From a virus: 64,000 bases of DNA. The number at the start of each line of letters is the position of its first letter. The stretch's first letter is position 1. This document shows positions 57,719-64,000 of this stretch, piece after piece. The notes beneath the pieces were generated by a model. It worked only from the letters and a program-made list of their open reading frames with translations. It did no database searches and had not been told where the DNA came from. A program made the translations under genes and the position numbers. The stretch covers positions 4,391 to 68,390 of IMG/VR virus record IMGVR_UViG_3300043410_001663; one strand, 5' to 3'.

Positions 57719-58843
57719 CTATGCTACCGCCCCGTACAATGTTCCAGACCCACTGATCACAACTGTGTTTCCATTTAACGCCACGGCTTTTCCTCCCGCG
57801 CCCCCCGTTGTAATTACATCCGTATATAAAATGTAAGAAGAACCCCCCGCGGCGCCCCAACCGCCACCCCCCGCACCCGGCAGATAAACGCCTGCATATG
57901 TGCCACCAACACCCGGATTGTTGCCGGCGCCTCCGTTGTACCCATTAAAACCGCCGGATATTCCACTCAAAAACATACCCCCTCCGCCTCCACCAGCGCC
58001 GCCGCCAAAACCACCGTTTTGTTGCAGTGTGTAATCTATTGAAGGGTTTACTATTCCTCCTGAGCCGCCTGAGCCCGGAATTTGTCTGCCTCCGCCGCCG
58101 CCGGCACCGTAGTTTTCAAGAGACCCTTCCCATTCTTGGGGAATAGAGCCGCCTTTGACTCCCGTGCCATTCAAAGTTCCACCGGCGCCTCCTAAAGCCG
58201 TTCCGGTGCCCGCGCCTAAAAAATATGTGCTGTAGTCCCCGCCGGCGCCTCCACCGGCGCCACCACCACCAGCAGCAAACTCCCCCATTCCTCCGCCGCC
58301 ACCGCCGCCGCAAATGTATCCATTGTTTACTATGTTGCAGTTAGCCCCCGCTGACACTGCAGGCCCCCCGGCTTGCGCAGGAACGGGGGTATAGTAGATT
58401 GGTTCTGGGTCTCCTGGTTTTTTTGATCCTCCACCTTTACCGCCCTTACCAAGGATATACCCTTTGTTTACGATCGTTAAACCCCCAGGCCATGCTCCCC
58501 CTATGATTAAGCCTGCAACAGTTACATCATCGCTCCAAATGTAAACTCCTGTATCTATTGTTACTGTTACGGCTAAAGTGCCATTCCAACCGTTTGCTAA
58601 AACCCACGCACGTAGGTCCAGCTGTTTTTGATTTGTTGTGATTGTAAAACTTGCCCCCGTAGACTTACCCCAGAACCCACCAGGCATACTCAACGATGTG
58701 CCTGCTGTCGTGCCTGTCAACGTGCGCACATTGGCGTCGTTGAAGGAGATGGTAGTCGTAGCCGACTGGCCAAGCTCTAGGTTGACAGATTGCCCCACAG
58801 TGGAACCGCCGAGGCTGATTGGTCCTGAAGCGTTGAGGGCCAT
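57719..58843 (-). CDS. Glycine-rich receptor-binding adhesin (T-even gp38-like)
   Basis: NNGYICGGGGGGG and other polyglycine motifs, GGAGGKAV C-terminus; lower GC. Confidence 0.75.
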   Translation of the reverse strand: MALNASGPISLGGSTVGQSVNLELGQSATTTISFNDANVRTLTGTTAGTSLSMPGGFWGKSTGASFTITTNQKQLDLRAWVLANGWNGTLAVTVTIDTGVYIWSDDVTVAGLIIGGAWPGGLTIVNKGYILGKGGKGGGSKKPGDPEPIYYTPVPAQAGGPAVSAGANCNIVNNGYICGGGGGGGMGEFAAGGGGAGGGAGGDYSTYFLGAGTGTALGGAGGTLNGTGVKGGSIPQEWEGSLENYGAGGGGGRQIPGSGGSGGIVNPSIDYTLQQNGGFGGGAGGGGGGMFLSGISGGFNGYNGGAGNNPGVGGTYAGVYLPGAGGGGWGAAGGSSYILYTDVITTGGAGGKAVALNGNTVVISGSGTLYGAVA

Positions 58844-58844
58844 G

Positions 58845-60311
58845 TTACGGACCACCAAGAAGCAAAGTTGACGCGGTTGTTGTGTACGCCGTTGTGTAGA
58901 AAGTTATTACATACGGGTAGTACGAGCTGGTAGCAATTGTTGCGGACCCCGCTGTGTCTGATAACGCGGTGGCGTCGCTAATCGACGCAGTAACAGCGAG
59001 ATAACTGAAGCTGATTCCCGCCAAGCTATAGCTCCCTTGATCGGTGCCCGTGGTCGGCAAGATGGCCATAAAATCAAAATACTGGCCTGTGGACGGTTTG
59101 GGTATGTTACTACACACCCACAAATTACCATCGGGGCCTATCTGCGTCAGGCCCCAACAGCCTGAAGCTGAAGCGACGGGGGCCGTGGTTTTAACTTCAT
59201 TCAACCAGCGCAGCGTACCGGACGAGGTTACGCTTCCAAAAAATTGAGTTTTAGGTCCGCCTGTATATGGCCCAGGCACACCAAAATACACATTGTTTGA
59301 CGAGTCAACAGATATGCTGATAGCCGGCGTCACATTGTTGGATGTAAAGGTTGCCGTTGTAGGTGTGATTACTTTTTTCCATTGAAGCGTGCCGCTGCTG
59401 TTGTATTTAACCAGCAACGCGCTGCCATTAACATACGTAGAAGAGGCAAACATATACACATTCGACGAAGAGTCAAACGCAATATCCCAACCATCCACAG
59501 AATCTGTGGCATGGGTTAAATTGCGTTGCCACAATATGTTTGCGTTGCTATCCAGTTTCATCACCGCCGCGACAGCGCCCGCAGTCCCAGATAGATACAA
59601 ATTATTCGACGCATCTATCTTGGCATAACTCAACGAGCTCATCGCCAAAGTAATCGTCTTTTGAAATATCGTCGTTCCAGAGCTATCCAGTTTGGTTATT
59701 GTTGGATAGTTTGTGCCTGATTGAAGTACATTCGACAACCAGTAAACATTGCCCGTGCTATCCAAGAGGACTTGGCTATACTTTTCCGTGACCCCGGTTC
59801 CAATAAGGTATGCTATTTTCCACAGTATGACGCCTGACGAATCTAATTTTAGGATGACGTCATAGTTGTTTGTGCCGGAGCCGTATGAGCCTGTCAGATA
59901 CACATTCCCACTAGCGTCTACGTTAATACCGAAAAAACTGAGCCTGTAATCTACCGGCCCGGTTTTGTAAATGTTATACCCCCAGACAAAAGTTCCGTGG
60001 GTGTCAAACTTAACCACATAACCATAATCAGACGCAAGATATGTGTTGCCGGAAGAATCGACAAACATATTGTTGGGGCTGATCGTTGTCGCAGAGGTAT
60101 TGAAAAATGTAAACCGATAAGGTGCCGTGGACTTGCCCCAGAACCCACCGGGCATGCTCAATGTCGATCCTGCTGTCGTGCCCGTCAATGTTCGCACCGC
60201 GGCGTCGTTGAACGAAATGGTGGCCGTAGCCGACTGACCAAGCTCCAGGTTGACAGACTCGCCCACGGTAGATCCGCCGAGGCTGATTGGTCCCGAAGCG
60301 TTGAGGGTCAT
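58845..60311 (-). CDS. Beta-propeller adhesin sharing its N-terminal domain with the gp38-like protein
   Basis: Repeats VDSSGNVY...K.DSSG...W; first ~62 aa nearly identical to the neighbour. Confidence 0.75.
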   Translation of the reverse strand: MTLNASGPISLGGSTVGESVNLELGQSATATISFNDAAVRTLTGTTAGSTLSMPGGFWGKSTAPYRFTFFNTSATTISPNNMFVDSSGNTYLASDYGYVVKFDTHGTFVWGYNIYKTGPVDYRLSFFGINVDASGNVYLTGSYGSGTNNYDVILKLDSSGVILWKIAYLIGTGVTEKYSQVLLDSTGNVYWLSNVLQSGTNYPTITKLDSSGTTIFQKTITLAMSSLSYAKIDASNNLYLSGTAGAVAAVMKLDSNANILWQRNLTHATDSVDGWDIAFDSSSNVYMFASSTYVNGSALLVKYNSSGTLQWKKVITPTTATFTSNNVTPAISISVDSSNNVYFGVPGPYTGGPKTQFFGSVTSSGTLRWLNEVKTTAPVASASGCWGLTQIGPDGNLWVCSNIPKPSTGQYFDFMAILPTTGTDQGSYSLAGISFSYLAVTASISDATALSDTAGSATIATSSYYPYVITFYTTAYTTTASTLLLGGP

Positions 60312-61096
60312 TACGGCGTCCCGTAGCCGGTCACGTTGCCGATGACGATAAAGTTGCCGGACGAGTCCAATGAGCCAATCGTCGTCGTGCCATACTTGAA
60401 CACCAGCTTGCCGCTGGACTGCTCAATCGTGAAGTTGGTCGTAACGACCGAGCCAGCGCTGCCTGTCGTGTTCTGGTTCAGCGTCGGTACATCCGCGGCC
60501 TGGATGGCCGACATAACGACGTCGGTACCGTCACCGCGCAGGTAGTGCCCTAATGTCACGGCGTTGGCCAATGCGTTGATCGCTCCCTGACGCGTAATGG
60601 CGTTGGTGCCTCCGTTCGCGAACGGCAACGTGCCCGTCACCTGTGTCGTAAGGTCGACACCGCTCAGTGTGCCGCCCAGGGTAAGGTCGCCGTATCCGTT
60701 GACGGTGCCGGAGAGTGTGATCCCGTTGACTGAGCCGACGCCGTTGACCTCGGTCACCGTGCCGCCGGAGTAGCCCTCCACCGGGTTCCACGTGGGCGCC
60801 GCGCCAGCGCCGTTGGTCTGCAACACATAACCGGCAGCACCAGGGGCCAAGAACACAGTGTCGTCAAGCGCGTTCTGGTACGGGATGGATCCCTTGGCGC
60901 CACCCGTCAGGTTGTTGGCGAGGTTGACGGCGCCGGCCTGGGCCAGCAAGAATACATCGGTGCCATCAAACGCGTACAGCGTCTTGTCTGTTACGTTGAG
61001 CGCGAGCTCGCCCACCACCATGTTGGAGCCGCTGGGTGTCGCGGCCGCCGTTGTGGAGTGATACAGTTGAATTGGTGTGTAGCCAGCTTGTGACAT
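60311..61096 (-). CDS. Tail fibre protein
   Basis: GELALNVTDKTLY, VTGTLPFANGGT, C-terminal DSSGNF...GNVTGY. Confidence 0.7.
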   Translation of the reverse strand: MSQAGYTPIQLYHSTTAAATPSGSNMVVGELALNVTDKTLYAFDGTDVFLLAQAGAVNLANNLTGGAKGSIPYQNALDDTVFLAPGAAGYVLQTNGAGAAPTWNPVEGYSGGTVTEVNGVGSVNGITLSGTVNGYGDLTLGGTLSGVDLTTQVTGTLPFANGGTNAITRQGAINALANAVTLGHYLRGDGTDVVMSAIQAADVPTLNQNTTGSAGSVVTTNFTIEQSSGKLVFKYGTTTIGSLDSSGNFIVIGNVTGYGTP

Positions 61097-61106
61097 CTAT
61101 GTGTCC

Positions 61107-62150
61107 TTATCGGGTGTAGTAGCTGATGTTTGGTGTGATGTACTGCGGCGACTTGTCGCGGTCTTCGTTCTCCGCCGTGATCGTCGCCTCAATCGCGTCG
61201 TTCTTCAGCATCGTGATGCGGTTGATGTCGACACCCGGCAGCAGCTTGGCCACACGGTGAGACAGCTGGGCCTGCATCGCCGGCATCCAGCGGTCAGGGA
61301 CAGCGATCTCATTTGTCAGCTTGCCCACGTCCTGGGGCTGCATCTCGATCAGGATCATGAACGCCTGGAACGGGTCCTGCGGCACCGGCCACACGTTCAT
61401 GATGGGCGTCACCTGGCGATCGAACCAATACTGGAGCGAACGCTCGCCCAGGAAGTCCTTGTTCGGCAGGTTGAAGTAGCTGTCACGGTTGAGTCGCGCC
61501 AGGGGGATATCCTGCTGGACCGAGGCCAGCGACAGCGCGCGGATGTTGATCGTGGCCGCCGAGGTGTTACGGAACCGCCACCACTTGGCCATCGGGGAGC
61601 CGTCGATCTGGGTGTAGCCCCAGTCGTTGATCACGGCGTTGGTCACGGTGCAGATGTTGCCCCAGGTAATGCCGTCGTAGCTGTACTCGACGGTCAGAGT
61701 AACGCCCTGCTCTTTGCTGTAGAAGCCGGCGCTCAGGAACCGGTAGCCGTCCTCATAGAAGGCCTCCGCCGACTCACCGGGCAGGATGGGGTAGTCAACG
61801 TCAACCGAGGACGTGTTGAACGCGCCAAAGACGTTGTCCGTCGTCGTGCTGGGGCGGGTCATCAGGCGGTAGTTAGCCTCGCGGATGTCCACGGTGCCGA
61901 CCGGCATCTTGTACTGACGGGTCTGGGTCTCTGCGCCCATGACCAGGTAGTCCAGCAGCCAGAGGTTCACGCCACGATTGGAGAGGTTGATGAGGATGTA
62001 CCAGAGCGCCTGGCGCGCACGGTTGACGTTCTCGGGCGTCATCTCCTCCGGCAAACGACCCGCCTCGCTGAAGGCGAAGTTGATCATCTGGTCAACCGTG
62101 ATGACCGTCTGCGCCGTCGTGTTCGAGGTGTTGTCGTAGTTGCTTGCCAT
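61107..62150 (-). CDS. Structural protein (adaptor-like)
   Basis: ARQALW..L..LSNRGVNLW, Y.NLPNK, WPVP motifs. Confidence 0.65.
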   Translation of the reverse strand: MASNYDNTSNTTAQTVITVDQMINFAFSEAGRLPEEMTPENVNRARQALWYILINLSNRGVNLWLLDYLVMGAETQTRQYKMPVGTVDIREANYRLMTRPSTTTDNVFGAFNTSSVDVDYPILPGESAEAFYEDGYRFLSAGFYSKEQGVTLTVEYSYDGITWGNICTVTNAVINDWGYTQIDGSPMAKWWRFRNTSAATINIRALSLASVQQDIPLARLNRDSYFNLPNKDFLGERSLQYWFDRQVTPIMNVWPVPQDPFQAFMILIEMQPQDVGKLTNEIAVPDRWMPAMQAQLSHRVAKLLPGVDINRITMLKNDAIEATITAENEDRDKSPQYITPNISYYTR

Positions 62151-62311
62151 TATTTTTTCTTCTTGACCCGCTCGGGGAGGCTCTTCTTGGCCGGGCCGGC
62201 CTTGACGAACTCTTTGCCCACGGAGGGCTTGATCCCGACCTTCTTGGCGAACTCGGGGCTATGGGCCACGCCCTGCATCAGCCGCTCTTGGGCTTTGGAC
62301 TTTATCGGCAT
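62150..62311 (-). CDS. Small basic protein (53 aa)
   Basis: MPIKSKAQERLMQGVAHSPEFAKKVGIKPSVGKEFVKA...; read manually, absent from the ORF track. Confidence 0.7.
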   Translation of the reverse strand: MPIKSKAQERLMQGVAHSPEFAKKVGIKPSVGKEFVKAGPAKKSLPERVKKKK

Positions 62312-62445
62312 TTGCCGCCCTTTTTGAGCTTGCTCAGGTCCGTCTTGCCTTCGTGCTTTTGAGCATCGTGCAGCTTGAAAGCCTTCTTGACCAGCTTCTT
62401 GTCCTCGGCTAGGTCAGAGTGCATCTTCTTGGGTTTGGTTGCCAT
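62302..62445 (-). CDS. Small basic protein (47 aa)
   Basis: MATKPKKMHSDLAEDKKLVKKAF...LKKGGKCR; AGGAG RBS; late motif at 62465. Confidence 0.7.
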   Translation of the reverse strand: MATKPKKMHSDLAEDKKLVKKAFKLHDAQKHEGKTDLSKLKKGGKCR

Positions 62446-62485
62446 TTTGTGAATCTCCTATAGGTAATTACGCATGAAAAAGGGC

Positions 62486-62731
62486 TTATTCGCCCTTGTC
62501 CATCTTGCTGTCCAGCTTGTCAAAGATCTTGCCTAGCATGTCCTTGATGTCCTTCACGGCGTCCTTGAAGTCGTCCTTTCGGACGAAGTCCTGGTTGACC
62601 TCACGGTTGAGCTCCTTGACGTCCCTCTTGATCTCCTTGATGGCGTCCCAGATCGTCTTCAGGATCCACCCTCCCAGGGCACCACAGAGTGTGATGATCG
62701 TGTTGAAAAAGTGTTGCCCGTCGAAGTCCAT
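62486..62731 (-). CDS. Membrane/coiled-coil protein
   Basis: MDFDGQHFFNTIITLCGALGGWILKTIWDAIK...; coupled to glycosyltransferase stop. Confidence 0.65.
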   Translation of the reverse strand: MDFDGQHFFNTIITLCGALGGWILKTIWDAIKEIKRDVKELNREVNQDFVRKDDFKDAVKDIKDMLGKIFDKLDSKMDKGE

Positions 62732-63783
62732 CACGCCGTCTCCATAGATGCTAGGTTTGCAATTAGCCTGGTGTCTGTCGGGTTGAACTCGAGCGCCTTC
62801 TTGCACAGCTCAACCGCCTTCTCTTTGAGGCCCAGGTGCCACGCCGCGATGCTGGCGAGGTCGTAGGGCTTCTCGGTCCACACAGAGGGGTCCATCGTGT
62901 AGACCTCTTCTTTGTGTTTGATGTCGATCGCCGACATGGCGGCTGAGAAGCTCTCGGCCCACATCGACTGCCGGTAGGTCAGCATGGAGAGCTCGACCCA
63001 GGGCTCGCGCGTCCCGGGGGCCTCCGCGACGGCCAGGCGGGCCCACTTGAGGGCCTCCCAGACGTTGCCGAGCTCTGCGTGGCTCTTGCTGATGAGGCGC
63101 ATGGCGTAGCACCGCTCGTTGGGCCAGGTGGCCTCGGGCATCGCCAGGTAACGGTGGAGGGCCTCCAGGGCCTCCTCCCACTTGCTGTAGAAGGTCAGCT
63201 CGCGGGCGTAGTAGAAAGCATTACGCGGGCAGCGGGGGTCCTCGGTGACGGCTACCTTAAGAAGATCCAGGTATTGACCGCGGGACTTGGTCGGGTCAGG
63301 CTTGTGTACCACAAGGAGCATGTCTGTATGGGCCCAGACCTCCTGGGTTCGAGCGTCAGGCACAGGGTATTCATGGCAAGGATGGTGCCAATGATAACCA
63401 TGGCGATGGTGAATCTTTTCATAGAAAAAGGCGATCCCCGCGCCCCAGTCGAACTTGTAGCGTAGACGTGTCGTATCGTCTTTCCAGACCCGCTCGATCT
63501 CCTCGCGCCAGCCAGGTTGCAGGACCTCGTCCAGGTCGAGGGAGATGCACACATCAATGTCGCGCGGGATGAGTGCCAGGGCCGCGTCCCGGGCCTTGTC
63601 AAAGCGCCAGGGGGCGATGCAGATGTCATGCACCACGGCGCCGTTTTGTCGAGCTACTTCGACAGTTTTGTCCGTCGAACCGGTGTCGGCGATCAGGATC
63701 AGGTCGGAGTCCTTGGCGGATTCGCAGAACCGCTCGACGAACATTTCCTCATTCTTACTGATCGCGTATACAGCTATCTTCAT
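62731..63783 (-). CDS. Glycosyltransferase family 2 with TPR domain
   Basis: YAISKNEE, ADTGSTD, RFDKARD, SLDLDE (DxD), HE, then TPR-like helices. Confidence 0.88.
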   Translation of the reverse strand: MKIAVYAISKNEEMFVERFCESAKDSDLILIADTGSTDKTVEVARQNGAVVHDICIAPWRFDKARDAALALIPRDIDVCISLDLDEVLQPGWREEIERVWKDDTTRLRYKFDWGAGIAFFYEKIHHRHGYHWHHPCHEYPVPDARTQEVWAHTDMLLVVHKPDPTKSRGQYLDLLKVAVTEDPRCPRNAFYYARELTFYSKWEEALEALHRYLAMPEATWPNERCYAMRLISKSHAELGNVWEALKWARLAVAEAPGTREPWVELSMLTYRQSMWAESFSAAMSAIDIKHKEEVYTMDPSVWTEKPYDLASIAAWHLGLKEKAVELCKKALEFNPTDTRLIANLASMETA

Positions 63784-63998
63784 TGTTTCCCCTCAGAAAA
63801 GACGTTGACAAATATTGTACCGTCTTCTAAGGCCTCGATCTCGTGCCACTCACCCGCCACCAAATTGATCGGTTGTGTGTCTTTGGTCATGATCAGCTCT
63901 TTGCCTTCCTTACGGATGGCGCAGCTGCCGGCGTGGCACATCGTAAGGTGTGCATAGACGTGGTCATGGCGCGGCAGCCCCTCGCCTTTATTGGCGTG
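63780..63998 (-). CDS. Cupin-fold protein (5' truncated)
   Basis: GEGLPRHDHVYAHLT...AGEWHEIEALEDGTIFVNVF. Confidence 0.75.
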   Translation of the reverse strand, partial: HANKGEGLPRHDHVYAHLTMCHAGSCAIRKEGKELIMTKDTQPINLVAGEWHEIEALEDGTIFVNVFSEGKQ

Positions 63999-64000
63999 AT

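Noticed and set aside
57719-60311. Diversity-generating retroelement acting on the adhesins
   Set aside because: No reverse transcriptase seen; the repeat is N-terminal, coding in both copies, and its differences are not obviously adenine-specific.

Overview
The window is most or all of a GC-rich (about 60% by eye) tailed dsDNA phage genome, apparently lytic (no integrase or repressor seen) and podovirus-like. The host is probably a proteobacterium, inferred from sigma54, LexA, IHF, Fur and DnaA-type motifs. It looks circularly permuted, since both window ends fall inside the late operon. Minus-strand late genes occupy 1-15.85 kb (collagen fibre, Mu-gpT-like capsid, scaffold, GroES, portal, terminase) and 43.2-64 kb (ejection proteins, tail, lysis, adhesins, glycosyltransferase). 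Plus-strand early and replication genes occupy 16.7-43.2 kb (repeat-delimited small-gene array, sigma factor, primase-helicase, SNF2, Cas4-like nuclease, SSB, Tad2-like protein, class II RNR, PolA, tRNA-Thr). Most notable: (1) an ACP + ketosynthase + putative acyltransferase cassette directly upstream of a Met-Gly-start virion protein, suggesting phage-encoded lipidation of an ejection protein; (2) a non-coding array of host-protein binding sites (8 sigma54 sites, 7 DnaA boxes, IHF, LexA, TetR-like) at the early/late divergence; (3) an apparently split sigma factor with a -10-only late promoter motif; (4) a free-standing, splicing-dead intein-like gene at terL; (5) nine promoter/RBS repeats delimiting early gene cassettes; (6) several structured RNA candidates. 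All functional calls come from motif recognition by eye; no searches were run.
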